The notes beneath the pieces were generated by a model. The model was given only the letters and a program-made list of their open reading frames with translations. It was not told the DNA's origin and searched no databases. Made by a program: the position numbers and the translations under genes. This document shows, piece after piece, positions 17,341 to 26,648 of a stretch of 64,000 bases of DNA. Every line of letters begins with the position of its first letter. The first letter of the stretch is position 1. The stretch comes from an uncultured Myxococcales bacterium (GTDB lineage: Bacteria > Myxococcota_A > Polyangia > JAAYKL01): positions 3,853 to 67,852 of the forward strand of contig CAZHCG010000005.1 in assembly GCA_964530995.1 (NCBI GenBank). The letters run 5' to 3'.

Positions 17341-18762
17341 CTATTCGACATAACCCAGGCCGCGAAGCGATTCCACGGTCTCTGGATCGAGGTCGACGGT
17401 CTTCGAGTCGAAAACCGCCCGTTTCGCCAGCTCGGCGCGCTTGGCATCCAGGGCCGCGACCATCTCGGCGTACCTGGGATGCTCGTAGCCGAGCTGTGCT
17501 TGTTCTCTCGGATCGTTTTCCAAATCGTACATATAACTCGTTTTCGAGTTGAGATCCCGCACTATTTTGTACCTGCCTTCCAGCAGCAACGCGCATTGGT
17601 CTCCGCGGTACAGGTTGTTCTCCATGTAGCACGGCCGGTGCTGTTTTTCCTCGCCGCGGATCAGAGGCAGGAGGCTGGCCCCCTCGAACTCGTGAGACAC
17701 CTCCCGCCCCAGCATCTCGAAAAAGGTGGGGGCGAGATCGATATGGCGCGCCGACTGCGCGATTCTGGAGCCGGCCTTCCAGCGCCCGCCGGGCGGGCGG
17801 AGAATCAACGGGACGTGCGTGACCTCCGCCTCGTAGCGGTGCCCGTGCTCGAAGGTGCCGTGCTCCCAGTGCTCCTCGCCGTGGTCGGAGGTCAGGATCA
17901 CCCAGCTGTCGCCGAGCAGGTCGAGCTTCTCCATCCGCTGCATCAATTCGCCGATCTGGTCGTCGGTGAAGCGCACCTCGGCGTCGTACAGCGCTCGGAT
18001 GTACCGTTTCTCCTCCTCGTCGGGGACGACCCGTCCGTTGCGGATGTCGTTGACCCTGGTCATCGGATTGCCGAACCGTTTCGGCTCGGCGTCGGTGAAC
18101 CTGTTGGCGATCCTGCGCGGCGGGTTGTAGGCCACGTGCGGATCGAAGTAATGGACCATCAAGAAGAACGGATCGCCGGCGTTCGCGGCCAGCCAGGACG
18201 AGGCCAGCTCGGTCACCTGGTCGGCGCTGCGCATCTCGATCGGCTTGGCCGGGTGGTGGTCGTAGTGATCGAACCCCCTCGCGTAGCCCATTTTCGGTCC
18301 CAGGAAGATGTTGTTGACTATCGCGGCCCGGCGCATGCCCTTCAGCAGCTGGGGGAACGACGTCAGCTCGTCGGCGAGGCTGTTGATCCGTTTCTTGTCG
18401 GATTCGTGGCTGGGATCGAGCTTGCGGCCCGCGCCGTGGATCGCGGGCGTGGTCCCGGTCAGGATGCTGCCGAACGAGGGGGCGGTCCAGGGGCAGGCGG
18501 CGTGAAAGCGGTCGAAGACGATGCTCTCCTCGGCCATGCCGTCGATCGCCGGGGAGCAGGGCAGATCGTAGCCGTAGCAGCCCAGAGTCGATGCCTTGAG
18601 CGTGTCCACGACGATCAGAACGACGTTTCTCGCCGCGTCGGGCTCCTCCGGGCGCTGGGCCGGCGGTTTCCCTTTCTCGTCCGAGCATGCGGACAGAATC
18701 GAACCGGCCGGCAGAAGCGACCCCAGATAGCCCAGCGCTCTTCTTCTGGAAATGCGTTTCAT
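17341..18762 (-). CDS. Sulfatase / alkaline-phosphatase-superfamily protein with a twin-arginine-type leader
   Basis: NVVLIVVDTL, PWTAPSFGSILTG, FLMVHYFDPH, YDAEVRFTD, ILTSDHGE, HVPLI, LYDLENDPRE-like motif. N-terminus MKRISRRRAL. Confidence 0.85.
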   Translation of the reverse strand: MKRISRRRALGYLGSLLPAGSILSACSDEKGKPPAQRPEEPDAARNVVLIVVDTLKASTLGCYGYDLPCSPAIDGMAEESIVFDRFHAACPWTAPSFGSILTGTTPAIHGAGRKLDPSHESDKKRINSLADELTSFPQLLKGMRRAAIVNNIFLGPKMGYARGFDHYDHHPAKPIEMRSADQVTELASSWLAANAGDPFFLMVHYFDPHVAYNPPRRIANRFTDAEPKRFGNPMTRVNDIRNGRVVPDEEEKRYIRALYDAEVRFTDDQIGELMQRMEKLDLLGDSWVILTSDHGEEHWEHGTFEHGHRYEAEVTHVPLILRPPGGRWKAGSRIAQSARHIDLAPTFFEMLGREVSHEFEGASLLPLIRGEEKQHRPCYMENNLYRGDQCALLLEGRYKIVRDLNSKTSYMYDLENDPREQAQLGYEHPRYAEMVAALDAKRAELAKRAVFDSKTVDLDPETVESLRGLGYVE

Positions 18763-18953
18763 TTCAGCTCTTTCTAGTCAGAAGAGACTACTAGATCCAA
18801 TTTGCAATGGGGGTTGTCAACGTTTCTTTTTGCGATATACGGTGGCCGCAAGCGATGAGAGCCCATTTGCTCGAATGTTTTTTTGCACCATCCGGCGAGC
18901 TTTCATACCGCGGTTGCCAAGGCGCGGAGACAGGGGACAACGGGTGGAACGCT

Positions 18954-19961
18954 ATGAGTGAGGCGGACGGCTCCGATCCGATATCGGCTCTGAGAGGAGC
19001 GGGAGAGAAGGCGAGGGTGGCGCGCGCGCTGCTGGACACCGCGGGGATCTCCGCGGACGAGGTGTGTCCGCACCTCAGGCGCGGCTGGATCGAGATCGAG
19101 CGGGCCGCGGACGCGATCGAGGGCTCCGGTCAGTGCTCGGCGCTCGGCGCGGGCGGCGTTTCGTCTCGCCTGCGGGACGCCGCGCGGGCGGATTCGGAGC
19201 GAATCGGGCGGGCCTTCGAGCTGTACGCTCGCGGCGAAGAGACCGGAATCGACCGCGCCGAGTGGCGGGATCTCGTCCGCAACCTGGAAAGGGCCCTGCT
19301 CGGGCTGCGACGCTGGCGAATTCGGCATGCGGCGCCGCTTTGGGAACGCGCGCTTCACTGGGGAGGGGTCTCGGCCGCGGCGCTCGCGGCGGCGGCGGCG
19401 GCGGCCCTCCTGGTCTGGGGGCTGGCCGTGACCTGCTCGGTGCCGGGGCCGCGCGAAGGCCTGGCCGGCACCTACTTCCGCGCCAGGGGATTCGAGGGTC
19501 ACAGCTTCGAGCGGCTCGACCACGGAATCGATTTTCGCTGGGGCCGGGAGCCTCCGCTGAGGGGGATGCCCGGCGACGGTTTTTCGGTTCGCTGGGAGGG
19601 ATGCATCCGCGTTCCGAAAGGCGGTCGGCGAATCGTGGCCGGCTCTGACGACGGGATGCGCGTCTACGTGGACGGAAAGCTCTTGGTCGACAACGGCGGC
19701 GGTCATCCTTACCGCGAGAAGGTCTCGCCCAGGAAGATCGAGCCGGGGGTGCACCGCATTCGCGTCGAGTACGAGGAGCGGCGGGGAGCGGCCAGCGCTT
19801 ACCTCGGCTGGGTTTCGCCGGGCGGCGTTCGCAATGCGGTTCCGGCCGAGCATCTGTCCCCGCCGGGCGGCAACGAGAGCTTCGCTTGCCCGCCCCGGCC
19901 GGCCCAAAAGAGCAAAGGCATGCGAGCGCGTCCTCGAATGCGCCCGCGCCCCGAGCGGTGA
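18954..19961 (+). CDS. Membrane-anchored PA14-domain protein (paralog 1)
   Basis: Helical N-domain and one TM, then GL.G.Y, IDFRWG, FSVRWEG, SDDGMRVYVDG, GVHRIRVEY. Confidence 0.85.
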   Translation: MSEADGSDPISALRGAGEKARVARALLDTAGISADEVCPHLRRGWIEIERAADAIEGSGQCSALGAGGVSSRLRDAARADSERIGRAFELYARGEETGIDRAEWRDLVRNLERALLGLRRWRIRHAAPLWERALHWGGVSAAALAAAAAAALLVWGLAVTCSVPGPREGLAGTYFRARGFEGHSFERLDHGIDFRWGREPPLRGMPGDGFSVRWEGCIRVPKGGRRIVAGSDDGMRVYVDGKLLVDNGGGHPYREKVSPRKIEPGVHRIRVEYEERRGAASAYLGWVSPGGVRNAVPAEHLSPPGGNESFACPPRPAQKSKGMRARPRMRPRPER

Positions 19962-19966
19962 GTTCG

Positions 19967-21631
19967 ATGAACGGGGCTGCCGGCCGAAGAGAAAAGAAGT
20001 GGATCGGGAGGCTGGCCGCGGGCGCTCTCTCCCGCGGTCGCTACGCGGTCCTGCTCGCCGCGATCTGCGCGGTGGCGCTCGCCGTGCATCTCCCCCTGCT
20101 GGACGGGACGTTCATCGCCGTGGACGACGGCAAGCAGATCGTGCACAGCCCGGTCGTCCACGATCTGTCGTGGAAGAGCATCGAGCAGACGCTCTGGGGC
20201 AACTACCTGAATCGCAACCACGCTCCGATGTACACCTCGTTCGTGCTCAACTGGGCGCTGACCCCCGGCAGCTACACCGGCTTCGCCGTGTTCAACCTGT
20301 TCTGCCTGCTGGCGATCATCATTGTCTTTTCCCGCTTCGCGGCGCTGTTCCTCGCGGACCGTGTCTCGCAGCTGGCCGCGACCGCGCTGTTCTCGGTGCA
20401 CATGGTCCACGTGGACGTGGTGGCCTGGATGAGCGCGCGCTGCCACCTGATGGGCATGCCTTTCTTCCTGCTGGCGTTCGTCGCCTGGCGCCGCTACCGG
20501 GAGGACCCCGGGGCGTTGCGCCGCGCCGCCTGGTACGGCGGGGCGCTGCTCGCCGCCTGGATCGCGATCTGGAACAAGAACATCTTCTTTTCGGTCGGCC
20601 CGCTGCTGATTCTCTTCGACGTCTACCGCAGGCGCAGGCTGTCCGCGGGCGCGGTGCTGGACAAGATTCCGCTGCTGGCGATGGGCGCCGTGCCGGTCTA
20701 CATCCTCCAGGCCTCGACCAGCTACCTGGGGCGAGTTGAAAGGCCGGCGCTGGGCGAGACGCTGATCGCGACGCTGCTCAACGACGCCAATCTGCTCGTG
20801 CAGTACCTGATCCACCTGCTCGTGCCGCTGCCGACCTACATCTGGGTCAACGTCTACGGCGTTTCCGGTCCGCTCGATGTCTCCCAGGGAGCGGGGCTGG
20901 CGGCGATGCGGATCGCCCCGCTGGCGGCGATCGGAATCCTGGTCGCGGTCGCGCTGTCGCTCGTCTGGGCGGCCCGGCGCTTCGGGCTCGGCCTACCCCT
21001 CTTCGCCGCGGCGGCGAGCCTGATCGCGCTGGCGCCGGTGATGAACATTCCGCCGCGCTGGGTCGAGTTCGCCTTTCGCTACGACTGGATACCGTCGGCG
21101 TTCGTTTGTCCGGCGATCGTGGCGATCCTCGCTCGCTGGTGGCAGGGTACGGGACGCGCCGGCTGGCGCTGGCTGGCTTTCGCGTCCTTGCTCGCTCTGG
21201 TCGCCTGGCACGGAGTCGGCTCCCATCTGCAGGCGCGTGCCTGGACCTCCGAGAAGCGGCTGCTGGCGCGCTGCGTCGAGAGCTTTTCCGACGCCAAGCA
21301 GTGCCATCTGGGGCTGGCCCGGATTCATCGCGGCCTCGGCAACTTCGAAGAGGCGATCGAGCTGTCTTCGAAGATGGACTCGCTGGTGACCCGCAAGGAT
21401 CCCAGGAGGACGCCCTATCCCGCCTTCGAGCTGGCCAGGACGTACGAGAAAATGGGTCGCTGGGAGGAGGCCGCGTTCTACTACCGGCGCGCTCTGCTCC
21501 GCGAGCCGCTGAGAGGCAAGAGGCGCCGCCTGGCTCGGAGACGAATGAAGGCCGCGCTGGAGCGGATTTCCGGGGACGGGGACGACAGACCCGATGCCGG
21601 CTCCGACCGCGGCGCAAACGGAGGCGGATGA
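19967..21631 (+). CDS. TMTC-like GT-C glycosyltransferase with C-terminal TPR (paralog 1)
   Basis: FIAVDDGKQIVHSP (DD motif after TM1), ALFSVH..HVDVVAWMSAR, many TMs and TPR-like helices at the C-terminus. Confidence 0.8.
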   Translation: MNGAAGRREKKWIGRLAAGALSRGRYAVLLAAICAVALAVHLPLLDGTFIAVDDGKQIVHSPVVHDLSWKSIEQTLWGNYLNRNHAPMYTSFVLNWALTPGSYTGFAVFNLFCLLAIIIVFSRFAALFLADRVSQLAATALFSVHMVHVDVVAWMSARCHLMGMPFFLLAFVAWRRYREDPGALRRAAWYGGALLAAWIAIWNKNIFFSVGPLLILFDVYRRRRLSAGAVLDKIPLLAMGAVPVYILQASTSYLGRVERPALGETLIATLLNDANLLVQYLIHLLVPLPTYIWVNVYGVSGPLDVSQGAGLAAMRIAPLAAIGILVAVALSLVWAARRFGLGLPLFAAAASLIALAPVMNIPPRWVEFAFRYDWIPSAFVCPAIVAILARWWQGTGRAGWRWLAFASLLALVAWHGVGSHLQARAWTSEKRLLARCVESFSDAKQCHLGLARIHRGLGNFEEAIELSSKMDSLVTRKDPRRTPYPAFELARTYEKMGRWEEAAFYYRRALLREPLRGKRRRLARRRMKAALERISGDGDDRPDAGSDRGANGGG

Positions 21632-22065
21632 TGGGTCTCCAAGAGATCTGGCGGCGGCTGAGCGAGTGGTCGATGTTTCGCTACCTGGTCACCGGAGGCG
21701 TGCTGTTCCTCATCGACCTGGCGGTCTTCCTCGGCCTCAAGGAGATCGAGACACCCACGCCGGTGGCCCAGGCGATCAGCCGCACCTGCGGCGCGCTGAT
21801 CGGGTTCGCCGGGCACAAGCTGTACTCCTTCCGCAACCGCGACTGGAAAGGGGGCCGCCTGGCGGCGCAGGGAACCGGATACACCGTGCTGACCGTGGTC
21901 AACATCTTCTTCTCTCCGGCGGTGGTGACGGGTTTCGAGTGGCTGCTGCCAGGACGGCTGGTGCTGGTAAAGGTGCTGGCCGAAGTGGTAATGGTGAGCG
22001 AGACGTATTTGGTTCTCAGGTGGTTGTTTCGCGCGCGACGCGGTAGCGGGGAGATCGACGGATGA
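21628..22065 (+). CDS. gtrA: GtrA-family lipid-linked sugar flippase-like protein
   Basis: FRYLVTGG...IDLAVF...A..IS...GFAGHKLYSF pattern with four TMs. ATGA overlap with the upstream gene. Confidence 0.85.
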   Translation: MMGLQEIWRRLSEWSMFRYLVTGGVLFLIDLAVFLGLKEIETPTPVAQAISRTCGALIGFAGHKLYSFRNRDWKGGRLAAQGTGYTVLTVVNIFFSPAVVTGFEWLLPGRLVLVKVLAEVVMVSETYLVLRWLFRARRGSGEIDG

Positions 22066-23039
22066 GTGTCGAGATCAGCGCGATCGTACCGATGTTCAAC
22101 GAGGCCGACCTGGCCGCGCAGAGCGTGCGCCGCATCGAGGAGCAGCTGGGGCGGGTCGCGGCGTCGTTCGAGGTGATCTGCGTGGACGACGGCTCCAGCG
22201 ACGGCACCGCCGACGTGCTGGACGGGATCGCGGCCGAAGACGAGCGCGTCGTGCCCGTCCTGCTCTCGCGCAACTTCGGCAAGGAGAGCGCGATGGCGGC
22301 CGGCCTCGACGCGGCGCGGGGCGAGGCGGTGATCCTGATCGACGCCGACATGCAGCACCCTCCCGAGCTGATTCCCGAGATGGTCCAGCGCTGGCGCGAG
22401 GGCTACGACGTGATCGAGGCCCGCAAGTCGGACAGGGGACGGGAGGGGCTTCTCTACCGGGGCTTCTCGGCGCTCTTCTACAAGATGATCGGGCGTGCCA
22501 GCGGCGTCGACCTGCGCGGCTCCTCCGACTTCAAGCTGCTCGATCGGCAGGCCGCGGACGCGCTGCGCTCCCTTCCCGAGCGATCGAAATTCTTCCGCGG
22601 GCTGGTGGGCTGGATCGGTTTTCGCAGGGCCTCGATCGAGTTCGCGGTCGCCGAGCGCGCCGGAGGCCGGACCAGCTGGTCCAGCGGCCGGCTGATTCGC
22701 TACGCGGTGAGCAACATCCTCTCTTTTTCCACGTTCCCATTGTACCTCACCGCCTGGGTCGGGCTGATCACGACCCTGCTGGGGGTGGGGCTCGGAGCAC
22801 AGACGCTCTACAACTACTTCTCCGGCAACGCGGTCAGCGGCTTCACCACGGTGATCCTGCTGGTGATCCTGTTCGCCGGGATCACGCTGCTGGCCGTGGG
22901 GACGGTCGCGGTCTACCTGGCCAGGGCGCTGGAGGAGATCAAGCGGCGGCCCGTCTACCTCGTGCGGCGTCCGCGCGGTGCCGATCGCGCCGCGAACCGG
23001 GACGTTGCCGGAGAAACAAAGGACGGAAAAACGCGATGA
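22062..23039 (+). CDS. GT2 polyprenyl-phosphate glycosyltransferase (GtrB/ArnC/YkcC-like)
   Basis: IVPMFNE, VDDGSSDGT, LSRNFGKESA, DADMQHPPE, DFKLLDR, two C-terminal TMs and EIKRRPVY. Confidence 0.92.
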   Translation: MSVEISAIVPMFNEADLAAQSVRRIEEQLGRVAASFEVICVDDGSSDGTADVLDGIAAEDERVVPVLLSRNFGKESAMAAGLDAARGEAVILIDADMQHPPELIPEMVQRWREGYDVIEARKSDRGREGLLYRGFSALFYKMIGRASGVDLRGSSDFKLLDRQAADALRSLPERSKFFRGLVGWIGFRRASIEFAVAERAGGRTSWSSGRLIRYAVSNILSFSTFPLYLTAWVGLITTLLGVGLGAQTLYNYFSGNAVSGFTTVILLVILFAGITLLAVGTVAVYLARALEEIKRRPVYLVRRPRGADRAANRDVAGETKDGKTR

Positions 23040-23971
23040 GCGAACCCGTTCAGCCGTCGCGTCGAGGTGAGGCGGAGCAGCTGCGCGCGGCTCGCAGGCG
23101 GGCCCGCGCCGCCGGAGCGCTGCTGGAGCGACGCGACGTCGATCCCCGGGATGCGGCGCCGTTTCTGCTCGAGGGCTGGAACGCCCTGCGGCGCGCGGCG
23201 AGACGGGCGGACGACGATCGGCTCCGAGCCTGGGGCGCGGGCCTGTTCGAGCAGAGCATCGAACGGATCGAGCGGGCGATCGGCGAGGACGCCGAGCCGG
23301 ACGACGACGAGTGGAGACTGGAGCGGGATCGTCTTCATTCGGCGATACGCCGTTTCGCGCGGAGCCGTCGCTCCGTTCGCGGCGGACCGCTTCTGCGCGT
23401 CGCGCGGCTGGTCGCCTGGGGCATCGCGGCGGCGGCGCTTCTGGCGTTGCTCGCCGTGGTCGCCTGGGGCGGCGCGCAGATCGTCTCGGATCTGGAGCCG
23501 GGCGAGGGCCTGACCGCGACCTACTACCAGCGCCCGGGTTTCGCGGGGCATCCGTTCGTGCGCGTCGACCCGGAGCTCGACTTCGAGTGGCGAGAGCTTC
23601 CGCCTGTGCTCGGCCTGCAGCGCAAGGGCTTCTCGGTTGCGTGGGAAGGATGCCTCGTGGTGGAGCCGGGAGAGCGGCTGCGGCTGGTGGCGTTCGCATC
23701 CGGCGCTCCGTTGGCGGTCGCGGTAGACGGCCGGCCCGCGATTGCGCTGCCGAGGAGCCGAGAAGGGGTGCGACGAGAGGCCGAGGACGTGTTGGAGCCC
23801 GGCGTGCATCGCCTGCGCGTGGAGTGCGCCAGGGCGGGGCTGCCGATGGAGGTGGAGCTCGGCTGGAAGGCCGACGGCGCCGGGGAGGAGATCATTCCCT
23901 GGGATAGATTGATCTCGCTGGGAGGAAATGACAGCTACCACTGTCCGATCGAGTGGGAGAAAGGCGAATGA
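23036..23971 (+). CDS. Membrane-anchored PA14-domain protein (paralog 2, DD motif absent)
   Basis: GLTATYY, LDFEW, FSVAWEGCL, GVHRLRVE. Same N-domain pattern as paralogs 1 and 3. Confidence 0.78.
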   Translation: MSEPVQPSRRGEAEQLRAARRRARAAGALLERRDVDPRDAAPFLLEGWNALRRAARRADDDRLRAWGAGLFEQSIERIERAIGEDAEPDDDEWRLERDRLHSAIRRFARSRRSVRGGPLLRVARLVAWGIAAAALLALLAVVAWGGAQIVSDLEPGEGLTATYYQRPGFAGHPFVRVDPELDFEWRELPPVLGLQRKGFSVAWEGCLVVEPGERLRLVAFASGAPLAVAVDGRPAIALPRSREGVRREAEDVLEPGVHRLRVECARAGLPMEVELGWKADGAGEEIIPWDRLISLGGNDSYHCPIEWEKGE

Positions 23972-25623
23972 GCCCAGCGAGGCCGGAGGAGACGCAGAGC
24001 CGGCGGCGCGTGCTCGGGTTGCAGCCGCGGCTGTGGCTGGCGCTGATCTGCGCCGCCGCCGTTCTGATCCACCTCCCGCTCCTTCGGGGCGAGTTCACCA
24101 ACTTCGACGACGGATGCCAGATCACGCAAAACGACGTGATATCCGAGCTGAGCTGGGAAAACCTCCACAAGCTGCTGACCACGAACTTCGAGAGAAAAAA
24201 CGCCAACCCGATGTACATCAGCTTCATGCTCAACTGGGCGCTGACGCCCTGGAGCTACACCGGGTTCGCCGTGTTCAACCTCGCCTGGCTGGCGGTAACG
24301 ATCCTGGTCTTCCACCGTTTCGCAGGGTTGTTCCTCTCGACGCCGCGCTGGCAGCTGCTCGCCACGGCCCTGTTCGCCGTCCACAGCGTCAAGGCCGACC
24401 TGGTGGGCTGGATGAGCGCCCGCTGCCACTTCATGGCGATGCCGTTCTTCCTGGCCGCGTTCATCGCCTGGCAGCGCTACGTCGATGCCGTCGAGCCCAA
24501 GCAGCGCGCTCGCTGGTACGCGCTGGCGTTGCTGTCCGCGTTCGCGGCCGCCTTGAACAAGAACCTGTTCGTAGTGGTGTTTCCCCTGCTGGTCGTCTAC
24601 GACCTCGCCCAGCGGCGCCGGCCGGGCGCGGCGTTCTTCCTCGACAAGCTGTTGCCGGCCGCGCTGGCCTGGCTGGTGATCCACACGCCGGGGCAGATCA
24701 AGTGGAGCGTATCCCACTACTCGGACAACTGGCTGGAGAGGCTGTCGCAGGTCTGGCAGACCGATTTGAACCTGATCATGCAGTACCTCTACCAGCTGGT
24801 CGTGCCGGGAGCCACCTCGGTGGCGGTCAGCGTGTTTCCGGTCCGCGGCCTGTTCGAGGTCTCGGAAGGAGCGGGTCTGCCGTTCATGGAGTTCACCGCC
24901 GCGGCCAGCATCGCGGCTCTGATTCTGCTGGTGTGCGCGGCCGTGCTGGCCTGGCGCTTCAGCGGGCTGCGCCTGCCGTTCTGGGCGCTGGTCTGGACGA
25001 TGGTGGCGCTGGCGCCGGTGCTCAACATCATTCCTTTCTGGTTGGAGTTCGCGTTTCGCTTCTGCTGGATTCCGCTGACGATCTGGTGCGTCGCCTCAGT
25101 CGGTATCTTCGCGGTGCTGGCGAGGAGGCTGGGAAAAACCGGGCGCCGGGTCGCCTTCGGCCTGCTGGCCGCCTACCTGGCCTGTCACGCGGGCTACTCG
25201 GCGGCCCAGTCCGCGAGCTTCGAGTCGCCGGAGCGCTACTTCTCGCGTTGCCTGGAGAACTACCCGGATTCGCGCATGATCGCTTTCAAGCTGGGTCAGT
25301 ACCGCAAGAACAACTACCCCGCGGCGGCCCTCGACGCATACCTGGTGGAGGATCGCGCGCTAGTCGAGAAGAGAATGGGCAGATCGTTCTTCTCCCGCTT
25401 CGCGCTGCCGAACGCGTTCGCGGATCTGGGCAGAAAGGACCGGGCCTCGTTCCACTACGAGCGATTGCTGCTGCGATCCAGGGGACCGGAGTCGCTGTCG
25501 TTGAAGAGGAAGGGCAGGGGGCGCATTCGCAGATTTCTCGAGAGAAATCCGGTCGACGAAAAGGGGTACGACCGTTTTCGGCTGCAGCAGATACGCGAGC
25601 TGGTGGAGGCCGGTGAGAGATGA
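23968..25623 (+). CDS. TMTC-like GT-C glycosyltransferase (paralog 2)
   Basis: FTNFDDGCQITQN. Shares long segments with paralog 1 (LNWALTP.SYTGFAVFNL; WMSARCH.M.MPFFL). Confidence 0.8.
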   Translation: MSPARPEETQSRRRVLGLQPRLWLALICAAAVLIHLPLLRGEFTNFDDGCQITQNDVISELSWENLHKLLTTNFERKNANPMYISFMLNWALTPWSYTGFAVFNLAWLAVTILVFHRFAGLFLSTPRWQLLATALFAVHSVKADLVGWMSARCHFMAMPFFLAAFIAWQRYVDAVEPKQRARWYALALLSAFAAALNKNLFVVVFPLLVVYDLAQRRRPGAAFFLDKLLPAALAWLVIHTPGQIKWSVSHYSDNWLERLSQVWQTDLNLIMQYLYQLVVPGATSVAVSVFPVRGLFEVSEGAGLPFMEFTAAASIAALILLVCAAVLAWRFSGLRLPFWALVWTMVALAPVLNIIPFWLEFAFRFCWIPLTIWCVASVGIFAVLARRLGKTGRRVAFGLLAAYLACHAGYSAAQSASFESPERYFSRCLENYPDSRMIAFKLGQYRKNNYPAAALDAYLVEDRALVEKRMGRSFFSRFALPNAFADLGRKDRASFHYERLLLRSRGPESLSLKRKGRGRIRRFLERNPVDEKGYDRFRLQQIRELVEAGER

Positions 25624-26606
25624 GCTCGAGCGAGCGAGAGCCGCGAATGGCCGACGGGTCGGACAGGAATGCGCGCTTCGACGTTCGCGTGGCCGAGGCC
25701 GCCGGCAGCGCGGCCGCGGCGCGCCACCTGCTGGGCGCCTGGGGCGTCGCCGCCGAGGATGCGCTGGTTCCCCTGCGAAAGGGTTGGATCGCGGTGGATC
25801 GGGCTCTGGAGATCCTGTCGGGCGGACAGGGTTCGGCAGAGGACGACGGCGCGGTCTCCGCCGACTCGATCCGATCGCTGGTGCGCCCGTCGCCCGAACA
25901 GCTGGCCCGGCTGGAGGCGGCACACGCCGACTATCGAAGCGGGCGCCCGTGCAGGACGAGCCGCCGCGAGCTGAAGCGGCTGTCCCGTTCGCTGTCACGC
26001 GCGGCGGCCGCGCTCCAGAGCTGGCGGCGGACGCAGGTCGCTCCGACCGGGCCGGATCGCCCGGCGCTGCGCTGCTGGCAGAGCTGGGCGGCGGCGGGAA
26101 TCGCGTTGATCGGAGTGGTGGGCGGGCTGATCGTTCTCTGCCGGGAGATGCCGGACGAGCGGGACGGTCTGCTGGGGAGCTACTACGGCAAGGGCTTCGA
26201 CGGCGAGCCCGATCTGCGGCGAATCGACCACGGCGTGGATTTCCACTGGAAGCGAGGACGTCCCGCTCCCGGCATTCGCGCCGACCACTTCAATGTGCGC
26301 TGGCGAGGCTGTCTGCTGATCGATCGCGAGCAGCCGACCTACATCTACGCCGGCGCCGACGACGGGATGGACGTCTGGATCGACGGCGAGAAGGTGATCT
26401 CCGGCATGCGCGGCAAGACGTTTCACTGGAAGCGGTCGTCGCGCAGGATCGAGCCCGGCGTGCACCGGATCCGGGTCGATTTCATGGAAAAAGGGGGGCA
26501 CGCGCGGGTCAAGCTGGGCTGGGTGACTCCCAACGGTTATCGCGGCGCGGTTCCCGCGCGGAACCTCGCTCCTCCCGGCGGCAGCACGAGGTTCGACTGT
26601 CCGTAG
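25620..26606 (+). CDS. Membrane-anchored PA14-domain protein (paralog 3)
   Basis: GLLGSYY, VDFHW, FNVRWRG, ADDGMDVWIDG, GVHRIRVDF. Confidence 0.85.
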   Translation: MSSSEREPRMADGSDRNARFDVRVAEAAGSAAAARHLLGAWGVAAEDALVPLRKGWIAVDRALEILSGGQGSAEDDGAVSADSIRSLVRPSPEQLARLEAAHADYRSGRPCRTSRRELKRLSRSLSRAAAALQSWRRTQVAPTGPDRPALRCWQSWAAAGIALIGVVGGLIVLCREMPDERDGLLGSYYGKGFDGEPDLRRIDHGVDFHWKRGRPAPGIRADHFNVRWRGCLLIDREQPTYIYAGADDGMDVWIDGEKVISGMRGKTFHWKRSSRRIEPGVHRIRVDFMEKGGHARVKLGWVTPNGYRGAVPARNLAPPGGSTRFDCP

Positions 26607-26648
26607 ACTCTCGAACGGCGCCGGTGGATCTGTTATAGGATCGTCTCG

